This document shows, piece after piece, positions 27,823 through 37,673 of a DNA stretch of 64,000 bases. Location: the NCBI RefSeq assembly GCF_034519685.1, contig NZ_JAXHOF010000003.1, forward strand, positions 528,967 to 592,966, written 5' to 3'. The stretch comes from Sphaerotilus sp. (GTDB taxonomy: Bacteria; Pseudomonadota; Gammaproteobacteria; Burkholderiales; Burkholderiaceae_C). The translations under genes were made by a program, and so were the position numbers. Position 1 is the stretch's first letter. Each line of letters opens with the position of its first letter. Under the pieces are notes generated by a model. That model did no database searches and had not been told where the DNA came from. It saw only the letters and a program-made list of their open reading frames with translations.

Positions 27823-28523
27823 GGGCACTGCCGGCGCACGAACGTCGAGATCTCTTCGGGCCGCGAGAAGATGACCGCCGCGCGGTCGCCCTGCATGCCG
27901 CTGTCCACCAGGACCGGCTTGCCGGCGGCCGGCCCGTTCGCGCTGCCGTCGGTCTTGAAGCGCAGGTTGAACTCCCACCAGGTCTGCGTTGCGCCGTCGG
28001 CGGTGGACACGCGATAGGCGTCGCCGCAATAGCGAATGGCGCTGACCGTGCGCGAGGCCGGCGCGCGTTCGAGGTCGGGCGGCGGTTGGTCGGGCACGGC
28101 GATTCGGCCGTCCGAGGCGGCCTGGAGAAAAACCAGCAGGTCGGCGCGCAGGGCGGCATCGGGAACGCCGCGAAAGGCCATCGTGTTGCCCGGAACCAGC
28201 GCCTGCGGATTGCGCAGCCAGGCATCCAGCGTGTCGCGTTCCCAGACGATGCCGGCGCCCCGCAAGGCCTCGGAGTAGCGTCCGAATCCCGAAGCGGTCC
28301 CGGCCCGTCGACCCCACAGCGCCGCGAGGCTGGGTCCCGTCATGTGGCGGCCGGGTGCGAACGAATGGCAGGCAAAGCATTGGCGGGCCGCCTGCGCGCC
28401 TCGTTGCACGTCGCCTGCCGCCAGCACCGGCGCGGCCGCCGACAGGCCCAGGAGCAGCCCGGCCATGCCGAGCGCGCAGCGCCCGGAGCGGACCGGAGCA
28501 TGGCAAGTCGCTCGGCGACGCAT
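27819..28523 (-). CDS. c-type cytochrome with extra C-terminal domain
   Basis: 234 aa from ATG 28523. Signal-like N-terminus. Heme motif CFACH. Confidence 0.7.
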   Translation of the reverse strand: MRRRATCHAPVRSGRCALGMAGLLLGLSAAAPVLAAGDVQRGAQAARQCFACHSFAPGRHMTGPSLAALWGRRAGTASGFGRYSEALRGAGIVWERDTLDAWLRNPQALVPGNTMAFRGVPDAALRADLLVFLQAASDGRIAVPDQPPPDLERAPASRTVSAIRYCGDAYRVSTADGATQTWWEFNLRFKTDGSANGPAAGKPVLVDSGMQGDRAAVIFSRPEEISTFVRRQCP

Positions 28524-28530
28524 GACCGCC

Positions 28531-28788
28531 CTACGCTTCCTGCACGACATCGGGCGTCTCGCGCGGCGCTGGCATCTCGGCCTTTGGCTTGGCGTCCGCT
28601 GCATTCGCGCCATGGCCGCGCATGGTCAGCATCATGACGATCATCGTCACGGGACAGATCAACGCCAGCAGGATGGGCGCGGATGCCACTACGAAGCCCT
28701 GTGCCGCGGGAAAGGCGACATAGGCGGCACCCAGGGCGGCCAGAAGCGTTGCGGCCAGAGTGACCATGGTTTTCAGACTGCACTTCAT
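28531..28788 (-). CDS. small two-TM membrane protein (DUF2933-like)
   Basis: 85 aa. Two hydrophobic segments. Overlaps the upstream P-II-like gene's stop by 4 nt. Confidence 0.5.
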   Translation of the reverse strand: MKCSLKTMVTLAATLLAALGAAYVAFPAAQGFVVASAPILLALICPVTMIVMMLTMRGHGANAADAKPKAEMPAPRETPDVVQEA

Positions 28789-29120
28789 GGTTTCGATTCC
28801 TTGTGGTCTGACGCCGCATCGCTTCCGGCGCGCAGGTGCTGGAACGCCTCGACCGGCATGACTGCCGCGACACCGGCGCCGGGCACGTCGGAGGCGCTCG
28901 CCCTCAGGGCATCGAGCAGCGCCGCGACGTGGGCGTCCTCGACGAAGATCTCGAGCTTGGTGTGCTCACTCAGCCAGTCGTCGGAGAAGAAGTTCTTGTA
29001 TTCGCCGAAGCCCTTCACGCGGCTCAAGGTGATGCCGCTGACGCCCAGTTGGGTCAGCTTCCTCTCCAGCGGTGCCACGCTGTCCGGCCGGACGATGGCG
29101 ATGACGTACTTGTAGGGCAT
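28785..29120 (-). CDS. P-II (GlnB-like) family protein
   Basis: 111 aa. MPYKYVIAIVRPD...GITLSRVKGFG matches the P-II fold signature. SD GGAGG upstream. Confidence 0.7.
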   Translation of the reverse strand: MPYKYVIAIVRPDSVAPLERKLTQLGVSGITLSRVKGFGEYKNFFSDDWLSEHTKLEIFVEDAHVAALLDALRASASDVPGAGVAAVMPVEAFQHLRAGSDAASDHKESKP

Positions 29121-29260
29121 GAGAACCTCCGGAACAGCCGGCCCCGTCGGGGCGGATGAGGGGCGGCTCAGTGCCAGCGCGTCGATGCGCGCGGGCGAGT
29201 GCGCCCCGCCGAATGCCGAGAGCCGCCCAATGGGCGCTCAGCAGCCTTCGCAGCGTGAGG

Positions 29261-29677
29261 TCAAATGCGGAAGCAGCAGTGCAGGATGGCGTGCGGTGGA
29301 TCCGCCATGGGCGGCGGATCATCCGGTGCCGCAACGGCGCGAGGGGTCCGAACGGGGAGCACCACGGGCACCAGCGGATACAGGCTTACCGGTACGGCCG
29401 TCGGCAGGTCCGGCATGGCCTTGGCGCCGGCATTCTGCTGGCCGGATTGGCAATGCGCCGCGCACAGATTCGGATCCATCGCGCCGCGCCCGGCGTCCTC
29501 GGAGGCCATCCCGGCCATCGACGCGTCGGCCATCATCGCTTCTGCCCCGGCAGCACCGGCCCCGACCATCGCCGCTCCGCCGCTGCAGGCGTAGGCTGCC
29601 ACCGCGATCTGGGCGAACAGCAGCACACCCACCATCAGGCGGGCGATGAACCGGCTCAGGGCGCGCGTTATCGACAC
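29261..29677 (-). CDS. small exported/membrane Cys/His/Met-rich protein (DUF2946-like)
   Basis: About 138 aa if started at GTG 29677. N-terminal TM segment LMVGVLLFAQIAVAAYAC. Motifs LCAAHC and HCC near the C-terminus. The start is uncertain. Confidence 0.4.
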   Translation of the reverse strand: MSITRALSRFIARLMVGVLLFAQIAVAAYACSGGAAMVGAGAAGAEAMMADASMAGMASEDAGRGAMDPNLCAAHCQSGQQNAGAKAMPDLPTAVPVSLYPLVPVVLPVRTPRAVAAPDDPPPMADPPHAILHCCFRI

Positions 29678-29858
29678 AGTACTTCGTTTCGACGGCCGCC
29701 GCGGAAGTTCCACGGCGTGGAGGCAAGCATAGCGCGAAGCGCGCCCTTGGTGCACCGGCACGCGACAGGCGCTGTCGCGACTGCCGGGACGCGGCCAGGA
29801 GGGCCGACAGCGACAACAGCAGCGGCGCCGTCCTCCTTGCGGCGGATCGGATCGGCCT

Positions 29859-30462
29859 TCAAGCGGGCGGCCCTTCGCCGATCACGAGCAGGTCATCGGC
29901 GCGGCAGTGGTGCGGCGGCACCTCGAGATTGCTCGGCGCGGGAACGTTCCTGAAGACACGCCCGGCGAGATCGAACCTGGAGCCGTGGCAGGGGCAAAAG
30001 AATCCGCCCGGCCAGTTAGCCCCGATATCCGCCGCGCCCGGCCCGGCCCGGGCCGGAAGGTCGGGATGCAGCCGAGGTGGGTGCAGATGGCGACCAGCAC
30101 CGCAAGGTCCGGCCGGATCGAGCGGGTGTCGTTGCGCGCGTCGTCGGGCTGCTGCTCACGCCGCGCCGAACGCGGGTCGGCCAGCAGGTCGTCCTGGCCA
30201 CGCAAGGCCTGCAGCATCGGCGGCGTCCGGCGCAGCACCCACACCGGCTTGCCGCGCCACGCTACGGTGAACAACTCGCCTGGCCGGATCGTCCGGACAT
30301 CGACCGGTACCGCCGCCCCGAGCGCGCGCTCGCTCGCTCGCTGGGCGCCAGCGAAGCGACGAACGGCACGCTCGCGGCAACCGCTCCGACGCCGCCCGTG
30401 ACGGAGGCGACCATGACCCATCGGCGGCGCTCGGCGTCGTTCGCGGAGGATCTGTCAATCAA
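29859..30462 (-). pseudogene. Rieske [2Fe-2S] subunit (PetA-like) broken by two frameshifts
   Basis: Three frames carry consecutive parts. N-terminus: ...VASVTGGVGAVAASVPFVASLAPSERA. Middle: ...PVWVLRRTP...[12 protein letters not shown]-terminus: [32 protein letters not shown]...*. The shifts sit in (GAGC)n at ~30328-30345 and (CCGGG)n at ~30036-30053. Confidence 0.65.
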
Positions 30463-30546
30463 GCACTCCAGTCGAGCCCGGTCCGCCGGCCAGCTTGTCT
30501 AATTCGTCACCCGGCTGGCAGCGCCAGTGATGCAGATCCCAGCCTG

Positions 30547-31266
30547 TCAGTCGCCGACCCAGCCCGCCGCCCGCCGGGGCTGCGCCTGCCGCTCGAAGAA
30601 TCCCCAGGGCAGGCTGCGCTGGCGGCTGACGACCGCACGCATGAGCAGCGCGATCACGAGCACGCCAGCGTGCCAGGCGGCCGCGTCGGCCCGCGTGGCA
30701 TCGGGCGCCACCAGCGCGCGCCAAACGACAAAGCCGAGCGTGCCGTGGACCGCGGTGAAGAGGCCGAGGACGGCATTCACGTGCCAGCTGAGCCACCACC
30801 GCGGGTGCAAGGGGGTACGCGACCAGGCGAAATGGAGCATCGCGACGCCGTAGGCCAGGCCAACCCACGACAGCACCGCGGCCACCGGATCGCCCTTGAC
30901 CAGCCCCGCAGCCAGCACCACGGCGCCGAGCACCGCGACCAGCGGTCCAAGCAAGCGGAAGTGCAGGCCGCGAAAGCGCTCAGGCTGGTTCTTCCAGCGG
31001 ATGGACGTCCAGGCCACGGTGACCACGGTGCCCACACACGCTGACAGGTACACCAGAGAGACGATCCAGCCAGGATCGAAGGGCACGGGTCGCAGCAGCA
31101 CCACCGGCAGCACGGTGAGCACGGTGGCCAGCAGGGCCAGGAAGAAGGTCCGGCCTGTACGGCGATGCCCGACGCTGCCCTTGACGCTCAGCAGCGTCCA
31201 CCAGAAGAGCGCCATGGCCAGGGTGCCGATGCCGATGTGGGCCCAGAGAGAATGGTCGTAGCGCAT
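30547..31266 (-). CDS. integral membrane protein (family not recognised)
   Basis: 239 aa with about 6 hydrophobic segments. Divergent from the TetR gene. Confidence 0.6.
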   Translation of the reverse strand: MRYDHSLWAHIGIGTLAMALFWWTLLSVKGSVGHRRTGRTFFLALLATVLTVLPVVLLRPVPFDPGWIVSLVYLSACVGTVVTVAWTSIRWKNQPERFRGLHFRLLGPLVAVLGAVVLAAGLVKGDPVAAVLSWVGLAYGVAMLHFAWSRTPLHPRWWLSWHVNAVLGLFTAVHGTLGFVVWRALVAPDATRADAAAWHAGVLVIALLMRAVVSRQRSLPWGFFERQAQPRRAAGWVGD

Positions 31267-31283
31267 GCGTTACTCACTCGAAG

Positions 31284-31323
31284 TTTACGCATGTAAAATA
31301 GCATGAAAGTTTACGCGCGTAAA
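31284..31323. promoter_or_regulatory. two palindromic operator candidates in the TetR divergent promoter region
   Basis: TTTACGCATGTAAA (31284-31297) and the perfect palindrome TTTACGCGCGTAAA (31310-31323). The local AT-rich patch lies between the divergent genes. Confidence 0.55.
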
Positions 31324-31337
31324 GCGATGACGGAGTC

Positions 31338-31973
31338 ATGACCAAGATCGGCGACGAAACGCGGGCCGGCATTCTTGAAGCTGCCTGGGACCTGATGGCC
31401 GAACAGCGACGGCTGGACGCGGGCATGGCCGAGATCGCGGCGGCGGCTGGCGTTTCCCGGCAGACGCTGTTCTATGCCTTCGGCAATCGGGCCGGGGTGC
31501 TGGTGGCGATGGCGCGGCACAAGGACACGCAGGGCGACCTTGTGCTGCGCATGCGGCAGATTGCGGCCACCGGGCGCGATGCCCATGCACTGCACGCCTT
31601 CGTGGACGCCTGGCTGGACTACCTGCCCGTTGTCTACCCGGTAGCGATCCAGCTGGAATCGGGCTCGCTGTCCGATCCCGACGCCAATGCCGCCTGGCAG
31701 GACCGCATCTTCAGCCAGGGCGTGCGAATGGGGCTGGACCGGATCCTCGGCCAGATCGCATCAAACGGCGGTCTGCGCGCGGATCAGGACCCGTCGCGCC
31801 TGGCCGACCTGTGCCTGACCCTGCTGGTGCCGTCGGCCTGGCGCTACCTGGTCGTCGAACGGGGCTGGACCGCCCGGGACTTCCGGCGCTCGCGCCACGC
31901 GCTGATCGATGCCCTGCTGATCGACGCCTCGCCCGCGCAGCCGCGCCGCGGCGCGCGGGTGGTGCGCCGCTGA
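31338..31973 (+). CDS. TetR-family transcriptional regulator
   Basis: 211 aa. N-terminal HTH RAGILEAAWDLMAEQ...MAEIAAAAGVSRQTLFYAFGNR. Confidence 0.85.
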   Translation: MTKIGDETRAGILEAAWDLMAEQRRLDAGMAEIAAAAGVSRQTLFYAFGNRAGVLVAMARHKDTQGDLVLRMRQIAATGRDAHALHAFVDAWLDYLPVVYPVAIQLESGSLSDPDANAAWQDRIFSQGVRMGLDRILGQIASNGGLRADQDPSRLADLCLTLLVPSAWRYLVVERGWTARDFRRSRHALIDALLIDASPAQPRRGARVVRR

Positions 31974-32369
31974 CGACCGGCCGCGCGCGGGACGGCCCGC
32001 ACCGCGGCGCAAGGCCGGCCGCATTTGCAACCCCAAGTCGGTGAGCCTGGGGTGGTCGGCGGGCCGGCGGATCAGCAGCAAGCCACGCCCGGGCAGGTGG
32101 GCCGGCCAGTCCGTCCCTCGAAGGCCTACCGACACCAGCGCGAAGCTCGAGCAGGCGATCAGCACGTCGCCCGCCGTGCAATGGAGGATGGCCCAGGCGA
32201 TGCGCAGCCGGTCGGGCTCGTGCCACAAGGTGTACAGCGGCAGCTGCGCGACTTCCCAGCCGAGATGAAACGGCAGCGACAGGCCCGCCCCGACGAGCAA
32301 GGCCGCGGCGACACGCCGAACGGTGGGTGGGTCACGGTGCACGGGAAGCTGGAATCTGCGCTTCGACAT
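31761..32369 (-). pseudogene. membrane protein remnant (3'-truncated or frameshifted)
   Basis: Starts at ATG 32369 (MSKRRFQLP...) with about 100 residues of TM-like sequence. From ~32070 it turns into Arg/Ala-rich sequence that runs antisense into the tetR 3' end. Confidence 0.35.
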
Positions 32370-32377
32370 GGCTCGCC

Positions 32378-32887
32378 TCAAGGCACCTGCGGCGCCTGCT
32401 CGTTGAACTTGTCGTGCCGTGCCCGGACGTCGTCCGGCCACCGGGATTTGATCCACGACAGCGCCGCGACGATCTCGTCGTCGCTGAGCACACCCTCGAA
32501 CGCCGGCATCGCCGTCGCATAGTTCTCGAGGTTCGCCGCCTTGGCGACGCCGAACTTGGTGATGCGGAACAACAACTCGTCGCGATGGTGCCAGGTGTGC
32601 CCGCTGGCATCGTGCGGCGGCGCGGGCAGCAGGCCGTCGGGTCCGCGCGCACGCCAGTTCGGCTGGCCCTGCAGCTGCGCGCCGTGACAAGCCGCGCAAC
32701 GTGCCTGGTAGACCTCGCGGCCGAGCGCAACCGTGCGGGCGTCGGTCGGACGCAGGGCGTGGGAGCCTGGCGGCTGCAAGGCGAGCTTGCCGAAGAGCAC
32801 CCAGGCCAGGCCGGCGACCGCCAGCAGGCCGGTGAAGGCAAAGACCAGGCGGCGCTTCGTGGTCGGGACGCCATGGCGCGCGTTCAT
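32378..32887 (-). CDS. membrane-anchored mono-heme c-type cytochrome
   Basis: 169 aa. N-terminal TM segment, CAACH heme motif, [12 protein letters not shown] motif. The ATG overlaps the cusA stop (ATGA 32884-32887). Confidence 0.75.
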   Translation of the reverse strand: MNARHGVPTTKRRLVFAFTGLLAVAGLAWVLFGKLALQPPGSHALRPTDARTVALGREVYQARCAACHGAQLQGQPNWRARGPDGLLPAPPHDASGHTWHHRDELLFRITKFGVAKAANLENYATAMPAFEGVLSDDEIVAALSWIKSRWPDDVRARHDKFNEQAPQVP

Positions 32888-35800
32888 TGCGGCGCCCCCG
32901 TCACCGTCGCGAGGGCGGGGCTGGATGCGCTCGCGGAGGCCGCGCGCGCCGCGCGCCGCCGCCGCATCAGCCGGTACGCCGCCGGGATCACGAACATCGA
33001 CAGCAGCGGCGCGCTGAGCATGCCGCCGACCATCGGTGCGGCGATGCGCTGCATCACCTCGCTGCCCGTGCCCGCGCCCCAGAACAGCGGCAGCAGTCCG
33101 GCAATGATCACGGCCACCGTCATCGCCTTCGGGCGCACGCGCAACACGGCCCCTTCGCGGATCGCGTCGAGCAGGTCGGCGTCGCCGTCGAGACCGGCAT
33201 CGAGCCGGCTGCCCCAGGCCTGCTTCAGGTACAGCAGCATGATCACGCCGAACTCGGCGGCCACGCCGGCCAGTGCGATGAAGCCCACCGCGCTGGCCAC
33301 CGACAGGTTGTGCCCCAGCAACCACAGCAGCCACACGCCGCCCACCAGCGCGAAGGGCAAGGTGGCCATGATCAACAAAGCCTCGTCGAAGCGCCGGAAC
33401 GTGAGGTACAGCAGCACGAAGATGATCAGCAGCGTGAAGGGCACGACCAGCTTCATCTTGGCGGTGGCGCGCTCGAGAAACTCGAACTGGCCCGACCAGC
33501 TCACCGAGTAGCCCGGCGGCAGCTTCACCTGCTCGGCCACCGCGCGCTGCATGTCGAGCACGGTGCCGCGCAGGTCGCGGCCGCGGATGTCGACATAGAC
33601 GAAGCCCGCCAGGCGCGCGTTCTCGCTGCGCAGCATCGGCGGGCCGTCGCTGATGCGCAGATCGGCCACGTCGCCGAGCACCAGGCGCTGGCCGCGTGGC
33701 GTGACGATGGGCAGCGCACGCAGCTTGGTCATCGAATCGCGCAGCTCGCGCGGGTAGCGCAGGTTGATCGGATAGCGCTGCAACCCCTCGACGGTCTCGC
33801 CGATGTTCATGCCGCCCACCGCGCCGGCCACCACCTCCTGCACGTCGGCGATGTTCAGGCCGTAGCGGGCGGCGGCGTCGCGGCGGATGTCGATGTCGAT
33901 GTAGCGTCCGCCCGTCAGGCGCTCGGCCAAGGCGCTGGTCACGCCCGGCACATGTTTCACCGCCCGTTCGACCTGGCCGGTCAGACGGTCGATGGCGGCG
34001 AGGTCAGGCCCCGCCACCTTCACGCCCACCGGGCTCTTGATGCCGGTGGCCAGCATGTCGATGCGGTTGCGGATCGGCGGCACCCAGATGTTCGCGAGGC
34101 CCGGCACGCGCACGATGCGGTCCAACTCCTCGACCAGACGGTCCGGCGTCATGCCGGGCCGCCACTGTTCGCGCGGCTTGAACTGGATCGTGGTTTCGAA
34201 CATCTCCAGCGGCGCGGGGTCGGTGGCGCTCTCGGCACGGCCGGCCTTGCCGTAGACGCTGCGCACCTCGGGCAGGGTCTTGATCAGGCGGTCGGTCTGC
34301 TGCAGCAGCTCCGTCGCCTTGCCGGCCGACAGGCCGGGCAGCGCGGTGGGCATGTACAGCAGGTCGCCCTCGTCCAGCGGCGGCATGAACTCGCTGCCCA
34401 GGTGCTGCAGCGGCCAGAGGCTCGCGACGAGCAGCAGCAAGGCCGCCGCGAGCGTCAGCTTCGGGACCTTCAGCACCGCGTCGAGCAGCGGGCGGTACAG
34501 CGCGATCAGCGCGCGGTTCAGCGGGTTGGCGGTCTCGCTCGGGATGCGGCCGCGGATCAAGTAGCCCATCAGCACCGGAACCAAGGTGACCGCCAGCGCC
34601 GCCGCGGCCGCCATCGCGTAGGTCTTGGTGAAGGCCAGCGGCGCGAACAGCCGTCCCTCCTGCGCCTCCAGCGTGAAGACCGGCACGAAGCTGAGCGTGA
34701 TGATCAGCAGCGAGAAGAACAGCGCCGGGCCCACCTCGACCGCTGCGTCGCCGACCACGCGCCAGCGTGCCTCGCCTTCGAGCACGTGGCCGGGATGATC
34801 GTGCACCCAGCGTTCGAGATGCTTGTGGGCGTTCTCGATCATCACGATGGCCGCGTCGACCATCGCGCCGATGGCGATCGCGATGCCGCCCAGCGACATC
34901 ACGTTGGCGTTGATGCCCTGCTGCTGCATCACGATGAAGGCCGCCAGCACGCCCAGCGGCAGCGAGACGATGGCCACCAGCGCGCTGCGCAGGTGGAACA
35001 GGAACACCAGGCACACCAGCGCGACGACGATGAACTCCTCCAGGAGCTTGCCGGTGAGGTTTTCGACCGCACGCTCGATCAGGTTCGAGCGGTCGTACAC
35101 GGGGACGATCTCGACGCCTTCGGGCAGGCCGCGCTGCAGCTCGGCCAGCTTGTCCTTCACGGCCGCGATGGTCTGCAGCGCGTTCTTGCCCGAGCGCATC
35201 ACGATCACGCCGCCGACGGCCTCGCCCTCGCCGTCGAGTTCACCGATGCCACGGCGCATCTCCGGGCCCATCTGCACACGCGCCACGTCGCCCAGCCGCA
35301 CCGACACCCCGGCATCGGTGGTCATCAGCGGGATGGCGCGGAAGTCGTCCAGCGTCTTCAGGTAGCCGCTGGCGCGCACCGCGTACTCGGCCTCGCCGAT
35401 CTCGACCACCGAGCCTCCCGCTTCCTGGTTGGCACGTGCGACCGCGTTGCTGACCATCATCTGCGAGATGCGGTAGGCGGCGAGCTTGTCCGGGTCGAGC
35501 ACGATCTGGTACTGCTTGACCATGCCGCCCACGCTGGCGACCTCGGCCACGTCGGGCACGGTCTTCAGCTCGAAGCGCAGGAACCAGTCCTGCAGCGCGC
35601 GCAGTTGCGCCACGTCGTTGCGGCCACTCCTGTCCACCAGCGCGTACTGGTAGATCCAGCCGACGCCAGTCGCGTCCGGCCCGATCGACGACTTCGCCGC
35701 GGCCGGCAGGCGCGACTGCACCTGATTCAGGTACTCGAGCACCCGCGAGCGCGCCCAGTACAGGTCCACGCCGTCGTCGAAGATCACGTAGACGAAGCTG

Positions 35801-36069
35801 TCGCCGAACATCGAGAAGCCGCGCACCGCCTTCGTGCCCGGCACCGACAACATCGTGGTCGTCAGCGGATAGGTGACCTGGTTCTCGACGATCTGCGGCG
35901 CCTGTCCTGGCCAGCTGGTGCGGATGATCACCTGCGTGTCCGACAGATCGGGCAGTGCATCCAGCGGCGTGCGCAGCAGCGAAACCACTCCCCAGGCGGT
36001 GATCATCAGGCTGGCCAGCAGCACCAGAAAGCGGTTGGCGATGCTCCAGCGGATCAGGTGCGCGATCAT
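32884..36069 (-). CDS. cusA: CusA/CzcA-family heavy-metal efflux RND transporter
   Basis: 1061 aa. N-terminus [18 protein letters not shown]...[13 protein letters not shown] is typical of the HME-RND (Cu/Ag) clade. Confidence 0.95.
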   Translation of the reverse strand: MIAHLIRWSIANRFLVLLASLMITAWGVVSLLRTPLDALPDLSDTQVIIRTSWPGQAPQIVENQVTYPLTTTMLSVPGTKAVRGFSMFGDSFVYVIFDDGVDLYWARSRVLEYLNQVQSRLPAAAKSSIGPDATGVGWIYQYALVDRSGRNDVAQLRALQDWFLRFELKTVPDVAEVASVGGMVKQYQIVLDPDKLAAYRISQMMVSNAVARANQEAGGSVVEIGEAEYAVRASGYLKTLDDFRAIPLMTTDAGVSVRLGDVARVQMGPEMRRGIGELDGEGEAVGGVIVMRSGKNALQTIAAVKDKLAELQRGLPEGVEIVPVYDRSNLIERAVENLTGKLLEEFIVVALVCLVFLFHLRSALVAIVSLPLGVLAAFIVMQQQGINANVMSLGGIAIAIGAMVDAAIVMIENAHKHLERWVHDHPGHVLEGEARWRVVGDAAVEVGPALFFSLLIITLSFVPVFTLEAQEGRLFAPLAFTKTYAMAAAAALAVTLVPVLMGYLIRGRIPSETANPLNRALIALYRPLLDAVLKVPKLTLAAALLLLVASLWPLQHLGSEFMPPLDEGDLLYMPTALPGLSAGKATELLQQTDRLIKTLPEVRSVYGKAGRAESATDPAPLEMFETTIQFKPREQWRPGMTPDRLVEELDRIVRVPGLANIWVPPIRNRIDMLATGIKSPVGVKVAGPDLAAIDRLTGQVERAVKHVPGVTSALAERLTGGRYIDIDIRRDAAARYGLNIADVQEVVAGAVGGMNIGETVEGLQRYPINLRYPRELRDSMTKLRALPIVTPRGQRLVLGDVADLRISDGPPMLRSENARLAGFVYVDIRGRDLRGTVLDMQRAVAEQVKLPPGYSVSWSGQFEFLERATAKMKLVVPFTLLIIFVLLYLTFRRFDEALLIMATLPFALVGGVWLLWLLGHNLSVASAVGFIALAGVAAEFGVIMLLYLKQAWGSRLDAGLDGDADLLDAIREGAVLRVRPKAMTVAVIIAGLLPLFWGAGTGSEVMQRIAAPMVGGMLSAPLLSMFVIPAAYRLMRRRRAARAASASASSPALATVTGAPQ

Positions 36070-37673
36070 TTGGCAGCTCCAGGTGAGGGCGCCGGCGCGA
36101 CGCGCTGGATGGCGGTGATCTGCGGCATGTCGCCGTCCTGCATCCGGAACTCAACCTGCACCTGGTCTCCCGGCGCCAGATCGCGCGGGCGCTGCGCGCG
36201 CAGCGGCAGGCGGAAGTCCATCACCATCGGCGGCCATTTCAGGGAGGCGATCGGCGGGTGATCCAGCGTGACCGTGTCGCCATCGATCGCCTTGATGCGC
36301 GCGCCGGTTCGGTGCGCGGGCGCAGCGGCCGCCTCGGGCTGCTGGTTGAGCTTGGCTTCCAGGCCGCGCAGGCTGGCTTCCGAGTCGATCAGGAACTGCC
36401 CTGACAGCACAACGCGCTGGCCAGTCGTGAGCCCCGCGGCGATCTCGGTCTGCCCTCCCGACTCGAGCCCGGTCCTGACCTCGACCGGGCGGAAGCCGCC
36501 GCCGCTCTCGGCCAGCATGACGACGCTGCGCCGCCCGGTGTGGATCACCGCGTCGGTTGGCACGAGCAGCGTCTTCTCGCGCTCGGGCCGGGCGAAGCGC
36601 ATCTGCACGAACATGCCGGGCACCAGGCGCGCGCCGGGGTTGGCGAGCTCCAGGCGTGCCTTCAGCGTGCGGGTGCTGGCTTCCACTTCGGGCAGCAGTG
36701 CCTGCACGCGGCCCTCGAAGGTCTGGCCGGGTGCAGCCGGGCTGGTGGCGCTCACGCGCACGCCGGGCTTGAGCAAGGCGGCCTGGCTCTCGGGCACTTG
36801 GCCCTCGGCCCAGACCGTGCCGGTGCCCTGCAACCGCATGAGCGGCATACCCGGCATCACGGTGGCGCCTTCGCGCACCATCAGCTCGCTGACCACGCCG
36901 CCGACCGGCGCAGTAAGCGTCACGCGCGCCAGCACGCGGCCCTCATGCACCACACGTTCGATCAGCGCCTCGTCCATGCCGGCCTGGCGCATGCGTGCGC
37001 GGGCCGCGTCGCGCAGCGCGTCCACACCCGGGCCGGTCATGCGCGCCACGGCCAGGTACTCCTCCTGTGCCGCCACCCAGTCGGGGATGTGCAGTTCCAC
37101 CAGCGGCGCGCCAGCGGCCACGCGGTCCAGCGTTGCGCGCACGTGCAACTTCTCGACGAAGCCCATCGCGCGGGCCGAGACGATCTCCTGCAGCCGCTCG
37201 TTCCAAGTCACGCTTCCGACGGCGCCGACCTCGCTGGCCAGCGCGCCTTCGACCACCGGCGCGGTGCGCAGGCCGAGGTTTTGCTGGATGCGCGAGCTCA
37301 CCGTGACGCCGGAGGCGTCCTCGCCGCCAGCGGACCCCGCATAGCGCGGCACCAGCATCATGTCCATGAACGGCGACTTGCCCGGGGCGTCGAAGTTCTT
37401 GCCCGGCACCATCGGGTCGTGATAGTTCTGGATGCGCAGCCCGGTGACGGGGTCGACGTCGCCGGCCTTGAGACCGGCGCGGATGTGCCGGCGCGTCGCA
37501 TCCTCACCCTGCGGGATGCTCCACTGCGACGGGTCGGCCGGCGCGACCGCCGCGGCCTGCGGGGTCGCAGCCATGCCCATCCCCTGCTGCATGCCCAGCC
37601 ACCAGGCCAAGGCGCCGACGCTGGCGGTGACGGCCAGTGCGGCCGCGCCGAGGATCTTGGTCTTGCGGTTCAT
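36066..37673 (-). CDS. cusB: CusB-like periplasmic adaptor with C-terminal CusF-like domain
   Basis: 535 aa from ATG 37673. MFP core. The last ~85 aa (...[30 protein letters not shown]...) resemble a CusF/copper-binding OB domain. ATGA overlaps with both neighbours. Confidence 0.85.
   Translation of the reverse strand: MNRKTKILGAAALAVTASVGALAWWLGMQQGMGMAATPQAAAVAPADPSQWSIPQGEDATRRHIRAGLKAGDVDPVTGLRIQNYHDPMVPGKNFDAPGKSPFMDMMLVPRYAGSAGGEDASGVTVSSRIQQNLGLRTAPVVEGALASEVGAVGSVTWNERLQEIVSARAMGFVEKLHVRATLDRVAAGAPLVELHIPDWVAAQEEYLAVARMTGPGVDALRDAARARMRQAGMDEALIERVVHEGRVLARVTLTAPVGGVVSELMVREGATVMPGMPLMRLQGTGTVWAEGQVPESQAALLKPGVRVSATSPAAPGQTFEGRVQALLPEVEASTRTLKARLELANPGARLVPGMFVQMRFARPEREKTLLVPTDAVIHTGRRSVVMLAESGGGFRPVEVRTGLESGGQTEIAAGLTTGQRVVLSGQFLIDSEASLRGLEAKLNQQPEAAAAPAHRTGARIKAIDGDTVTLDHPPIASLKWPPMVMDFRLPLRAQRPRDLAPGDQVQVEFRMQDGDMPQITAIQRVAPAPSPGAAK

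Noticed and set aside
32887-36261. 1124-aa plus-strand ORF covering the whole cusA region.
   Set aside because: It is antisense to a clearly recognisable CusA gene. The product is dominated by Arg, Ala, Gly, His and Gln runs with no motifs. This is a typical shadow ORF of GC-rich DNA.
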